The notes: generated by a model not told the origin, from the letters alone. A stretch of 37,587 nucleotides of DNA from a bacterium (GCA_963663405.2 CAXXSM010000121.1:1-37587), one strand, 5' to 3'. Counted from the stretch's first letter, positions 20,063 to 30,883 are shown. Program-made: numbers and translations.

Positions 20063-20217
20063 TTTTTTGTCTGAATTAGGATGGGCTGGATGCGCAGGAT
20101 ATTCAGGATGTGTATTATAAGTATGTCATCGTTTACTGAAATGTGATCTCGATGAAGAAGGAGAAAAATATCCTGGTCATCCTTCCATCCTGTGTATTCT
20201 GATTCAGACAAAAAAAA
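20063..20217. repeat. Palindromic MITE/REP-like element, copy 2
   Basis: Terminal inverted repeats TTTTTTGTCTGAAT...ATTCAGACAAAAAA with internal GGAT/ATCC periodic units; right arm nearly identical to copy 1. Confidence 0.8.
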
Positions 20218-20270
20218 TCATCGTACCGATTGTAAACAATGTAAAAAATATAGGAAATAAAAGAAGAACC

Positions 20271-20648
20271 ATGAAAGAATATCCAAAACGAATCAAGCGA
20301 CTGTTACGGGAATGGATGACAGAAGCGTATGAGAGAGAACTGCATCGGGAATTGAAGAAACTCGAAAAGGACTTTGAGTCGTGGCGCAGCGGAGAGATCT
20401 GCAATGGGGAGATGAGCAGTCGGATCCATGAGTATGAGATAGGGCCATCACAAGCGCTGTTCAAACATTGCAACTATAGTCCGAATGATATAACCGTAGC
20501 TTATGCGATTGTATCGGGAATACTGAACGAAGAAGATGTCCCAGCTGAGATGGTGGAAGCGATTCGTGTCGATATAAACTACTGCCGGTCATTGAAAGAG
20601 GAAAACAATTTAGCTAGTCGAGAAGGGCGTTGGTGGGAAACACGTTGA
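20271..20648 (+). CDS. Hypothetical alpha-helical protein
   Basis: 125-aa ORF with ATG start and charged helical composition. Confidence 0.7.
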   Translation: MKEYPKRIKRLLREWMTEAYERELHRELKKLEKDFESWRSGEICNGEMSSRIHEYEIGPSQALFKHCNYSPNDITVAYAIVSGILNEEDVPAEMVEAIRVDINYCRSLKEENNLASREGRWWETR

Positions 20649-20757
20649 TCGTGATGATGGTTTCCAAAACGTTTGTACGCGATTTGTTACTTTCAACGAT
20701 AGACAATACAAGTCAGTCATACCTTCAACCAAATGATTAGGAAAGGTGGACTTCTCG

Positions 20758-22743
20758 ATGAGAATACTTCCAAAAAGCCTATGGTTACGCAGTTCCTTGT
20801 CCGCAATTCTTTTCATAACTGCCCTGCCAGGATTAACAGCGGAAATCCTGGCAATCTCTCCTTCGTTGGAACTGTATGGCACATTCCATTCAATGGGAGT
20901 GATTGTGATTGTCGATCCCGCGAGCGATCCGGATAGAGACGCCGTAGCGTCAGTGGAATATCGAACTGGGAATGACAGTTTTCATCCGGGTTTTCACTTA
21001 ACCCGTGTAGATGCAGATCGTTTTGTAGGAAGTCTTTTTTGGTTAACACCTGACACATTGTATGATGTCCGTGTCACTCTTACCGATCCAGACGGTGGTT
21101 CCTTGGATGGTATAATATTGTCGGACACAGCGTCAACACGCGCGGAACTTACATTTCCTAATCCTCAGACTACTTACTATGTCTCTCCCAATGGCAGTGA
21201 TAATCCACCAGGCGACGGTTCAATCGAACATCCATTCGCTTCCGTTGCGCGCGCGTTGGAAGAAGCGCAGGAGGGAGACGCGGTGATTCTACGCGGCGGC
21301 GTGTATCACCAAGGAGACATCGATCCTCCCCGCTCCGGTTTGGATAACGCTCCTATCTTGATCCAAGGATATCCTGGTGAAACCGCTGTTCTTGATGGAG
21401 CCGATCCTACTACATTCACATGGACTCCCACAAGCGGCGGAGTCTATCGGACTACATTGAACGTTTCCAATACGCATCTAATCGCAGTGAACGGAGACCG
21501 TCTCTATCCCTATCGGAGTTTAAGCGATCTGCAGAATTTAATTTGGGAGATACCGGGATTCTACGTGGATGGCAATGACGCCTATGTCCGATTGGAAAAC
21601 GGCGCCGATCCGAATCAACAAACGATGACCGTTTCTCGATTTTCACAGGCGTTTGAATTAGGCGTGGACAATATCTATTTTTATAACTTGACATTCCGGC
21701 ATTATGGAGGGGGATCATACCCAAAGGCGATCTACATTAATGGAGGCAGTGGGATTGTTGTCGATCACTGTGTTTTCGCTATGAACGATGTTGGAGTCGC
21801 GCTGAAACGGGAAACGCATCGAAACGTCGTTCAACATTGTGAATTCTACGACACAGTCTTTCATTGGCCCTGGGACGCGGTGAAAGCAGGGAGTGGATTG
21901 GAAACCGGTGGCGTCTACATGTACGATCCCGTCACGGGGCGCGGAAATGTGATCCGTTATAATACATTTCACGACTTCTTCGATGGCCTTTCCTGCACAC
22001 CTTCCCAAAACGCCGCTTTGACAAACGAAACCGACGTATACGAAAACTTGTTCTACCGGTGTGGTGATGATGGGGTAGAAGTGGATGGACAATCGAGTAA
22101 CGTACGGCTTTGGGAAAATGAGTTTTACGATGTCCTGGCGGGAATCTCGGTCGCTCCCGTCTATACAGGGCCTACATACGCCATTCGTAACATAATACAC
22201 AAGATCGGCGCGGGTGTGCATTCCTATTCAGGACTATCATTTAAGTTCAATAGTGGTTATGACGATTCGGGTGCGATTTATCTATTCCATAATACCTGTT
22301 ACGCGGCGCGGGACGGTAGCGATGGCTTGACCATTCACTCCCCCGGCGCCTGGACGGTGATCTATTCGCGCAATAATGTCTGGTCTGGGATGGATTACGC
22401 CATATCGAATAGCAACACATCTCAACCCATCGATTTCGATTACGATCTGCTATTCACAGAACGGGAGGGGGAATTGGTCTGGTGGGCGGATATTGACGAT
22501 CGGCATCTTGAGACGCTTGAAGAAGTGCGAACGGTCCTGGGGATTGAGGCACATGGTATCCATGCGCGGCCGGATTTTGTTAATCCATCAAACGGTGATT
22601 TCAATTTAGCGCCTAATTCTCCATTACGGGACGCGGGTGTAATCCTTCCAGGGATCAATGATCATTTCAACGGCGCCGGTCCCGATATTGGCGCGATCGA
22701 AGCGCCGGATTCAATCATTAAAGATTGGAGTGTATGGCAGTGA
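20758..22743 (+). CDS. Secreted right-handed beta-helix (pectate lyase-like / DUF1565) protein with N-terminal FnIII-like domain
   Basis: Signal peptide; LTPDTLYDVRVTL (FnIII-like); YYVSPNGSD..GSIEHPF..LRGGVY; PbH1-type repeats; DFNLAPNSPLRDAG...PDIGAIE. Confidence 0.85.
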   Translation: MRILPKSLWLRSSLSAILFITALPGLTAEILAISPSLELYGTFHSMGVIVIVDPASDPDRDAVASVEYRTGNDSFHPGFHLTRVDADRFVGSLFWLTPDTLYDVRVTLTDPDGGSLDGIILSDTASTRAELTFPNPQTTYYVSPNGSDNPPGDGSIEHPFASVARALEEAQEGDAVILRGGVYHQGDIDPPRSGLDNAPILIQGYPGETAVLDGADPTTFTWTPTSGGVYRTTLNVSNTHLIAVNGDRLYPYRSLSDLQNLIWEIPGFYVDGNDAYVRLENGADPNQQTMTVSRFSQAFELGVDNIYFYNLTFRHYGGGSYPKAIYINGGSGIVVDHCVFAMNDVGVALKRETHRNVVQHCEFYDTVFHWPWDAVKAGSGLETGGVYMYDPVTGRGNVIRYNTFHDFFDGLSCTPSQNAALTNETDVYENLFYRCGDDGVEVDGQSSNVRLWENEFYDVLAGISVAPVYTGPTYAIRNIIHKIGAGVHSYSGLSFKFNSGYDDSGAIYLFHNTCYAARDGSDGLTIHSPGAWTVIYSRNNVWSGMDYAISNSNTSQPIDFDYDLLFTEREGELVWWADIDDRHLETLEEVRTVLGIEAHGIHARPDFVNPSNGDFNLAPNSPLRDAGVILPGINDHFNGAGPDIGAIEAPDSIIKDWSVWQ

Positions 22744-22823
22744 ACTCATCCCTTGCGCGATTTGTCAAACGCCTGTGAAATAGCATGGATAATCAAGTAC
22801 TCTCTAGAATAAAGGGAAGCATC

Positions 22824-23828
22824 ATGACAAACGATATGCCGCGCAGAAGTTTTCTGTGCAAAACCGTCGCCGCTTCTTCCATCGCGGCTCTTGGTTTGAG
22901 TATAGAAGAAAAAAACCTGCAGGCGCGGGAGAAGCAAATTGCCGCGGCGAAACCAGCCGATAGCCAACGCGGTGATTTTCCGATGGGGAAAATCGGCGAT
23001 TTAAATATCACTCGTCTCATCGTCGGCGGCAATCTTACCAGTGGAATCGCTCATAGCCGGGATCTGATGTATGTTTCCCCGCTGGTCAGAAATTATTTTT
23101 CCGATGAAAAAATTTTTGAAACATGGGAACTTTGTGAAGAGTGTGGGATTAATACAGCGATTCTCCGGCTGGACGACCAAGTAATCCGGCTGATTAACAG
23201 CTACTGGAAAGATCGGGGTGGTTCACTCCAATGGATTGTGCAAATTAAACCGAAGAAGAGAGACCTTGAAGGATTCCGCACGGATATCAAATGGGCGATC
23301 GACAACGGCGCCGTGGGCGCTTATATCCAAGGGAATGTGGGTGATGTTCTCGTTAAGAAGGATCAAGTCGATCTAATTGGAAACGCATTGGAATTGATCA
23401 AACAGCAGAATGTAATCGCAGGCGTCGGCGCTCATTCAGTTGAAGTGCCCATCGCGTGTGAGAAAGCTGGATTGAATCCCGATTTCTATATGAAGACTTT
23501 GCACAGTCCCGATTATTGGACCTTCAATCCCGGCAAGGATCCCTGGGGGAAATTTCATGTTTCGACAGGCGCCACGCACGATAATGTCTGGTGCACACAC
23601 CAAGAGGAAACAATTCAATTCATGAAAAATGTGTCCAAGCCCTGGATCGCGTTCAAAGTGATGGCCGCGGGAGCGATCCCACCAAAAGATGCGTTTCAAT
23701 ACGTTCTAAACAACGGCGCTGATTTCATCTGCGCTGGGATGTTTGATTTTCAAGTGCGCGAGGATGCGATTATCGCCAAAAACCTTCTAGCAAACCCAAT
23801 CGAGCGCCCCCGGCCTTGGCTCGGTTGA
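22824..23828 (+). CDS. Tat-exported TIM-barrel (aldo/keto-reductase-like) protein of unknown function
   Basis: PRRSFLCK twin-arginine motif; GKIGDLNITRLIVGGN, GVGAH, PWIAFKVMAAGAI, GADFICAGMFDFQ. Confidence 0.7.
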   Translation: MTNDMPRRSFLCKTVAASSIAALGLSIEEKNLQAREKQIAAAKPADSQRGDFPMGKIGDLNITRLIVGGNLTSGIAHSRDLMYVSPLVRNYFSDEKIFETWELCEECGINTAILRLDDQVIRLINSYWKDRGGSLQWIVQIKPKKRDLEGFRTDIKWAIDNGAVGAYIQGNVGDVLVKKDQVDLIGNALELIKQQNVIAGVGAHSVEVPIACEKAGLNPDFYMKTLHSPDYWTFNPGKDPWGKFHVSTGATHDNVWCTHQEETIQFMKNVSKPWIAFKVMAAGAIPPKDAFQYVLNNGADFICAGMFDFQVREDAIIAKNLLANPIERPRPWLG

Positions 23829-23897
23829 TTCTTCTATGAGACTTCATCATATGGAGGTTTGTTGAATCGAAGAAAAAAAGTGGATAGGAGAGGATTA

Positions 23898-24494
23898 ATG
23901 AAATCTGGATCAAACCATGCGTTTACATTGATTGAACTCCTGATCGTAGTCGCCATTATTGGCATCCTGGCGGCGATCGCTGTGCCCAATTTTCTAAATG
24001 CGCAGATCCGCGCCAAGATAGCGCGTGTTCAAGCGGATCTGCAGGCGGTTGGTTTAGCGATTGACACCTACTTGCTTGATCACAATGATGTCCCGGCGGA
24101 TATGAATACCGGTCCGTGGCCTTCCTATATGGTTTCGCACATTCCTGTGTTAACCACCCCTGTCGCATATATCACATCCTGTCCCCGCGATCCATTCAAC
24201 AAACGCAGTGACACGGCAGACGCGGGATGGGTGCCCGATCCAGAAGAATTTCTTTCGTCAGAGTATTTTACACGCAAGGGTTCCGCCGGCACGTCTTGGA
24301 GTCCATTTTCCGGACCGAGTGAATACAACGGTGACCAGGATCATCGAAACCGGTTGGCGATCTTGTATTCAGTCGGACCTTCCATGACACGGTACTTTCC
24401 TGGTGAAGGATATAACCGGGGGTGTTGGCACATGGACTTCGAAGCCTCCAACGGCCTGCAATCATTCGGCTCCATCCGCCGTTTTGTTCCCTAA
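23898..24494 (+). CDS. Prepilin-type N-terminal cleavage/methylation protein (GspG-like pseudopilin), copy 2
   Basis: GGAGAGG RBS; A|FTLIELLIVVAIIGILAAIAVPNF; LTTPVAY..P.DPF; SVGP; SNGL. Confidence 0.9.
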   Translation: MKSGSNHAFTLIELLIVVAIIGILAAIAVPNFLNAQIRAKIARVQADLQAVGLAIDTYLLDHNDVPADMNTGPWPSYMVSHIPVLTTPVAYITSCPRDPFNKRSDTADAGWVPDPEEFLSSEYFTRKGSAGTSWSPFSGPSEYNGDQDHRNRLAILYSVGPSMTRYFPGEGYNRGCWHMDFEASNGLQSFGSIRRFVP

Positions 24495-24516
24495 ACTGAC
24501 AATGCAGGATACGACA

Positions 24517-25581
24517 ATGAAATTTAGTTTCATACGATTTATTATAATACCAATTATTACATTAATCGCGCTCTCCGCTGGCTTCGCGGAGTTAATGAAA
24601 AGCAGTGATGACCGCGAGTTAGAGATGAAAGATTCCGAGCCTATCCTTGATGATCCTATACGCGCTTTCGAAGAGCTTACATCCAATGTGCGTATTTTAA
24701 CGGTCACGAAAGATCCCTCAATCCAGATTCCTGAAGGTGGGCACCTGCAGGGCATACAATCCGCGTACGATCCCCATTCCAAATCCTGGCTCTTTTTTAT
24801 CACGGGCAGTTCAAGCACAAAGGCGTATTTCATCATCGCGTCGTTTGATCAAAAATGGCCTGATTCCGGCCATGTTTCCGACTGCGTATTCCTGCCGTCG
24901 GATGGCGTGACTCCTCCTCTCAAACACGCTGGAGGCTGCCAGATAGTGGATGGAATACTTGTTGTTGGTGTGGAAGATAATCAGTATAAAAAACGTTCGG
25001 AAATTCAATTCTGGGATGTCTCCTCAGTCAAGAAGCCGATGGAATGCCCGCATCTAACGATCGTACGAGAATCAAAAGTAGAAAAAGTCAAAACCGCCGG
25101 AGCTGTTGGAATTGTGAAGCAGGGCGATATTTATCTCCTTGCAGTGGCGAACTGGGACGCTGAAGCGATCGATTTTTACCGGTCCAATGGATTCCCTCTC
25201 CGCAATGAACAATGCCAATTCGACAATGAGCCATTTCTCACCTGGAAGCAAGAAAAGGCGGATAGAAGCGATTGGAAACCGGATAAGAATTGGGGAAGTT
25301 ATCAAAGTATAAACCTATTCAGCGATCGATCCAACGCCCTCTACCTTTGTGGTTTCACTGGAAACGAGGGCCAGGACTTTATCGATCTCTATTCGATCGA
25401 TCTAAACAAAACTCCCGAACGTATAATTCAGAAAATCGCCCGTAAACAGATCCCGCTGAAAAACGGCGCCAGCTTTCAATATGGCGGGGGGCTATTTTTC
25501 AAATCTCCATCCAATTTGGAAATTTTAAGCTGTGAACGAAATGTCCAGGAGACAGTTTTGATTAACATAGTTTCGCACTAG
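24517..25581 (+). CDS. Secreted hypothetical protein, probable beta-propeller
   Basis: Signal peptide MKFSFIRFIIIPIITLIALSAGFA; HLQGIQ, HAGGCQ..GVED, YQSINL motifs; beta-rich. Confidence 0.65.
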   Translation: MKFSFIRFIIIPIITLIALSAGFAELMKSSDDRELEMKDSEPILDDPIRAFEELTSNVRILTVTKDPSIQIPEGGHLQGIQSAYDPHSKSWLFFITGSSSTKAYFIIASFDQKWPDSGHVSDCVFLPSDGVTPPLKHAGGCQIVDGILVVGVEDNQYKKRSEIQFWDVSSVKKPMECPHLTIVRESKVEKVKTAGAVGIVKQGDIYLLAVANWDAEAIDFYRSNGFPLRNEQCQFDNEPFLTWKQEKADRSDWKPDKNWGSYQSINLFSDRSNALYLCGFTGNEGQDFIDLYSIDLNKTPERIIQKIARKQIPLKNGASFQYGGGLFFKSPSNLEILSCERNVQETVLINIVSH

Positions 25582-25603
25582 TGTTATAATAAATAGATCA
25601 GTG

Positions 25604-26466
25604 TCAAATCCGGATGGTTTCCTGTTTCTGATACACGGTGGTCTTCATCGTTTGAAATTGCTTTTCCCACGAGCCGGAATCAAACAGTTTCATGATTTTG
25701 ATTTTTGCGCCATACACCCGGCGGCGTCCGAAAGGTTTTTGGGGACCACCATAAGGGAAATAGGCCACCACATTTTTCTTAGAGCGGGTCAGGATGTGGA
25801 TCCAGTTCCGTTCCCCATCAATTTCTTTGGCGGCCTCATTGAAAACGGGGCCGATAGCGAAGAAGACGTCCAGGACCAAATAGCCCTATTCATCCATGTT
25901 CTGCGCGACCGTCTGCGCCATGTTAACGATCCGGGTCGCCATGGTACCGGGGGAGGAAGCGGCTTCCTTCACTTGCTCAAGCCCCTGATGAATACGGGCT
26001 AAGAGCGGCGCCGACCAAGATTTCTTCCGATCCGTTAGAAGCTGACTGATACACCCCAATGGTGTCCACGGAAGAAGGATGGCTTGCTGGCGGTTTCGGA
26101 ATCCTGATGTAAGGTAGTCACGGCGGGCATCTTACGAGCGTCTTTAGGGATCTTCGTGTGATCGCCCAGCAGAACGATACGGTCTTGTTCTCGATAGGCA
26201 AACGGTTCTTGAGATTGCCACCCCCACCGGTATGCTATGAACCGTTCGATTTCCCAGGCTTTGGAATGGAAGAAATGTAATAGGCACGGGTAGAATTCGG
26301 GCGAGAGATCATGAGCGCGCATGATGGAACTTACGCCCAATATATCACTCCGCACGAGGAAGCCAACAAAAATGACCACAAACCAGACAAAGGTCGAGTT
26401 CCGGGAGAAAGTCGGCCGCATCTCTCGCAGAAACTGTTCGGCTAAAAGAAATATGCTATATAGCAT
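25604..26466 (-). pseudogene. Truncated DDE transposase (IS701/IS4-like)
   Basis: FSRNSTFVWF..GVSSIMR, LLGDHTKIPKDARKMPAV..HQDSE..KP.FFRGHHWG, LVLD.FFA, ILTRSKKNVVAY; frameshift near 26045, in-frame TAG near 25887, C-terminal part missing. Confidence 0.75.
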
Positions 26467-26493
26467 ATATTCAAGAAGGGAACAGGAGAAGCC

Positions 26494-26781
26494 ATGAATC
26501 CGCGTGAAATTGCGGAAATAAAAAGAAAAGTGAAAGCGCTTCAGAAACAGATGGGAGAGATTGGTCCGGTGATGCGAGGTAGTATTGTCTTCATTGGCAA
26601 CCAGAAGAAATACAGTCATTTCTCACTCAACAAAGACAACAAAACACATCTGATCTATCTGGGGAAAAAGCGGGAAGACCGAGCCAAAGAATACTCGGAG
26701 AATTACAAGAGATTGCTTGACATCATCGAGGAGATGACTATTCTCAACATGACCTTATTGAAAGAAGACGCCTGTCTTTAA
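26494..26781 (+). CDS. Small IS-associated DUF6788-like protein
   Basis: IGPVMRGSI, KT.LIYLG, ENYKRL..IIEEMT.LN; divergent from the transposase; followed by a candidate IS terminus AACTTTTGACTGTCGAG (26802-26818). Confidence 0.65.
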   Translation: MNPREIAEIKRKVKALQKQMGEIGPVMRGSIVFIGNQKKYSHFSLNKDNKTHLIYLGKKREDRAKEYSENYKRLLDIIEEMTILNMTLLKEDACL

Positions 26782-27049
26782 TCGGGGAGATTTCTCACAA
26801 GAACTTTTGACTGTCGAGTACATATGAATAGTGATCAAATATACTTTCCAAGGAAAAGCCGCTATTATAGCGCAATGCTAATACAAATAATGGAATAAGC
26901 AAAGAAACAACGAGCAAAAAATATCTAATAAAAGTAGTTATAGTTGTTACAGTTTAAAAAAAACTTGGAAAATGTTCTTGTATTCTTCCATTAAAAAAAT
27001 TTTAAATAAAATATTTACAATATTGCAATTAAAAGAAAAAATGAGTCAT

Positions 27050-27322
27050 CTCAACCGTTGTGTTGTTCATTTCAATGTCACAACCAAACCCACAGCGGAA
27101 TGGACGGCACAACAAATAGTAGAAGCATTTCCATGGGATACAGTCCCAAAATATCTTCTTCGAGCCCGGGATAACATCGATGGAAAAGTATTTCGAAACC
27201 GTGTGTAATCAATGAGCATTGAGGAAATAATGACTGCCTATCATTGCCCATAGCAGAATGCGTATGCGGAAAGAATGAATGGAAGTATAAGGCGTGAATG
27301 TATTGATATCATCATTGTATGG
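27050..27322 (+). pseudogene. Integrase-core (rve) transposase remnant
   Basis: Single frame RCVVHFNVTTKPTAEWTAQQIVEAFPWD..PKYLLRARD...V*SMSIEEIMTAYHCP*QNAYAERMNGSIRRECID with two in-frame stops. Confidence 0.85.
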
Positions 27323-27334
27323 AATAATAATATC

Positions 27335-29062
27335 ATGAATAAAAACCCATATAGCGTTATTTTGACAACTCTTGTCATTGGTCTTTCCATATCGACATTT
27401 TCGTTTAGCGCCGACAAGGTGCAAATCGATCTGCCCCGCGTGGAAGCCATGCCCAATGAACCCTCACCGTATGCGTTGCGAAACTGGAAAAAAACCGGTC
27501 GTGATTACATTCAATTCATCCTGGATGAAACCAAGCAGGGCGAGCATTTGCCATTGATCCAGTGGTTGAATGAAACCGCAGGAAGGAGAATGTTTTTTCT
27601 GCCCAGCTACGTCGGTTTGAAGGAACCCAAAATCGAAGCCATCAATGCCATGGCAATGGTGGTGTCCGGCGCCCTGTTGGGATTTGATATGACTGATTTC
27701 AACGATACGGATTTCGTTAAACTGACTACCGATTATTTTTATTGTTCTTCTGAGGGCATGTACGGCAACGATCGGGGAGGGTGCGGTACGCCGGAATTCT
27801 GGTACAAGATTCTTCCTAACCTGCTGTTCTATCAAATAAGCGACCTGCATCCTCAAAGACAGGATTTGCAAACCAGAGTGTTGCGTATTGCGGATCAATT
27901 GAGCCAAGCCAGTATATCTCTAGGGGGAAGTAAAAATCCCTGGACTATTCCTGAATACGAACATTGGTCATTCGATTTCGTCAAAATGGAATCACGCAGC
28001 GACCGCAGTTGGAAAGAACCGGGCGCCGCCGGGGCCTTCGCCTGGATGAGTTATATGGCATTCATAACCGGAGGCGATCCCAAGCACTTGGTTACGGCCG
28101 ACTGGGCTATGGAATATCTCTCTCGCAGGGATATTTCGAAGAATCCTCTTTACGAAGTCATGCTGCGTTACGCGCCGATCACCGCCGCCCGTATGAATGC
28201 GGAGTTGGGCCGTGACTACGATCTGCACAAAATGCTGTTGTGGTGCACCGGTGTAAGCGATACGCGTTACGGCTGGGGCGTCATCAGTGACGAGCGGTGG
28301 GGCGAGTATGACTGCGACGGGCTTGCCGGCAGCGTCACAGACACCGACGGATACGCCTTTACCATGAATACATTTCAAGCCGCCAGTACTTCTGTTCCCA
28401 TTGTTCGTTACGATCCGCGCTACGCCCGGACAATCGCAAAGTGGATGCTCAATCTGGTTAACGCCTCCCGTTTGTTTTACGCCAATGGATTGCCGGGCAA
28501 TTTGCAGGATAACAAAGTATGGTGCGATGCTTACGATCCGAATTATTGCGTGGCTTATGAAGGATTGCGAAAACATGCCCTGGAAAACAACGCCAAGCGG
28601 CCTTACGCCACCGGTGATGCGATGCGCAATGGACTTCCGAACAATATTGGGCTTTATGGCTCGTCGCATATTGGTTATCTGGCGGCGCTTGTTGAGCAAA
28701 CCAACGTTGAAAAGATTTTGCAACTGGACTGCCTAGCAACCGATTTTTATCACAAGCAAGGCCTATCCGACCTATCTGTATTACAATCCATTTGATGAAA
28801 GCAAAACGGTTCAGATCGACCTTGGCGCAGATTTATTTGATATTTACGATAGCGTCACTCATTCCTTCATGGCGCGAAACGTCAGCGGCGCTTATGAGTT
28901 TAATATGATGAGCCCGATCAGGCAATGGTTCTTGTGTTAACACCAACCGGCGGTAAAGTCAGTTATCAAAACAACCAATTGCTTATTGATGAAGTAGTCA
29001 TTGATTATCGAAACAAACCTGGTCGATCGGGCGCCAAAGCATTTAACGATGATATGGAGTAA
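27335..29062 (+). CDS. Secreted uncharacterised glycosidase-like (helical barrel) protein; indels near the 3' end
   Basis: Signal peptide from MNKNPYS; motifs EAINAM, FWYKILPN, EPGAAG, NPLYEVML, GYAFTMNTF, RYDPRYAR; reading continues across frameshifts to TAA 29060-29062; sits upstream of SSS and GH130 genes. Confidence 0.6.
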
Positions 29063-29106
29063 TTGAAAAATACACTAATCTTGATTGCTTGGATGGAGAA
29101 TAGTAA

Positions 29107-30883
29107 ATGGAATCCTCGTTGGAATTTTGGGATTACGCTATCATCGTCTCATACATGATATTCGCTTTATGTATCGGCGTCATTTTTTCAAAAAAAGCAT
29201 CCAAAAGCACCGAGAGTTATTTCCTAGGCAACCGTTCTCTTCCCTGGTGGATGATCGGTATATCAATGGCGGCCACCAGTTTTGCATCGGACACGCCATT
29301 AGTCACTACCGAGATCGTCCGTAAATACGGTATTCAACGATTGTTGGTGGGTTGTTCGTCGCGGTGCTGATGTGGATTGTAGGTATCTTTCTTTTCTCGC
29401 GTCTGTGGCGCAGGGCGGGAAATTGTAACCGACGCAGAATTTTACGAACTGCGCTATCATGGCAAATCGGCCCGCTTTCCTACGGCCGGCCTACCGCGCA
29501 TTCTTTGCAGGTGTCATTCAAAACCTGATTACCATTGGTTGGGTCACCTTCGCCATGAGCAGCATCATCACCACTATGACCAGCATGGATAAGTGGTGGG
29601 CTATCGGCGTCTGCATGATCGTAGCTTTGATTTATTCAACTTTTTCCGGCTTTTATGGCGTGGTCGTAACCGATCTCGTTCAATTTTTTATAGCCGTTTT
29701 CAGCATGACTGCCCTTGCGGTGATTGCCGTCGCCAAAGTGGGGAGGGCTAGAGGTTCTTTTCCAGAAAATCGCCCGCAACGCTTGGTTATGGAGAAAAAA
29801 CTCTTGATCTCTTCCCCGATTTCGCGGCGTTTGATATGGACGTTCTGGCGTTAATCATTTTCGTGTTCGTCATCTGGTGGAGCGACGCCAACGGATACAA
29901 TATGCAGCGTATGAGCGCCTGTAAAAACGAACGACACGCCATTTTGGCTACTATCTTTTACGCCATATTTCAAACGGCGCGCCCCTGGATGTGGGTTGGT
30001 GTCGCGCTGGTCAGCATCGTGCTCTTCCCCGATTTATCGGGAACGGAATATACTGATACGGATACCTACGCGCTGGTGATGAATAGATTTCTTGGACCAG
30101 GCATGAAGGGGCTGTTGATAACCGCTTTTCTGGCCGCCTTCATGTCGACTATCGATACTCATCTCAATTGGGGCGCGTCATATCTAATGACTGACGTCTA
30201 TCAACGTTTCTTTAAAAAGAATTCTCTTCAAAGTCATTACATCATCGTCACAAAAATAATCGTGGTCTTACTAATGGTCGCCGGAGCGTGTCTGGTTCCC
30301 TTCATGAATTCAATCGAAGGGGCTTGGGTGTTTTTGGCTCTGTTAATGGCGGGAAGCGGAATGATTCATTTTGCGCGATGGTTCTGGTGGCGCATAAACG
30401 CCTATACCGAAATCACCGCCCTGACCCTAGGATTGATTGGTGGGATCCTACATCTTACCCTGCCTGATTCCGTAGTCTTGTTCGGTTTTCCGTGGTCTGA
30501 GTTACCCTTTGAAATTGAAATAGCGCTGTACACCGGGGTCATTGTTCCGATCAGCATTGTCGTAACATATATGACACCATGTGTGCCAGTGGAGAAGTTA
30601 GAAGCATTTTATCGTAAAGTGCGTCCAGGAGGTTTCTGGGGTATTCTCAGTGAAAAAACGCTTGCTCTTCCTGGCAAAGCGGTTAACAAGACAACCCTGG
30701 TGGATATCACCGCTGGAATTTTTCTCTGTTTTGGAATCTCTCTCGGAGTGGGTTACGCCATTTTACTTCAGCCCACCAAATCGGCTTTTTGTCTGTTCCT
30801 TGCCTTAATCGGCGGCATCCGGGATATATTTCTGGTATCAAAAAGAAGTGAAAGAGTTGGAACTACATCGATCATGCAAATAG
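29107..30883 (+). CDS. Sodium:solute symporter (SSS) family transporter, split by several indels
   Basis: YFLGNRSLPWW..SMAATSFASDTPL, GVVVTDLVQF, QRMSACKNE, LAAFMSTIDTHLNWGASY, RWFWWRINA. Confidence 0.9.

Noticed and set aside
18222-20217. Repeat pair as a CRISPR array or integron attC sites
   Set aside because: Only two copies 1.8 kb apart, no repeat-spacer periodicity, no cas or intI gene, no RYYYAAC/GTTRRRY ends
13656-24494. Prepilin variability produced by a diversity-generating retroelement or shufflon
   Set aside because: No reverse transcriptase or recombinase, no template/variable repeat pair differing at adenines; DNA of the shared N-termini is synonymously diverged
25578-25610. 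CTAGTGTTATAATAAATAG as the left terminus of an IS
   Set aside because: No matching inverted partner or target duplication found in the window
27275-27334. N-terminal extension MNGSIRRECIDIIIVW of the 506-aa ORF
   Set aside because: It belongs to the upstream rve remnant; the signal peptide starts at ATG 27335
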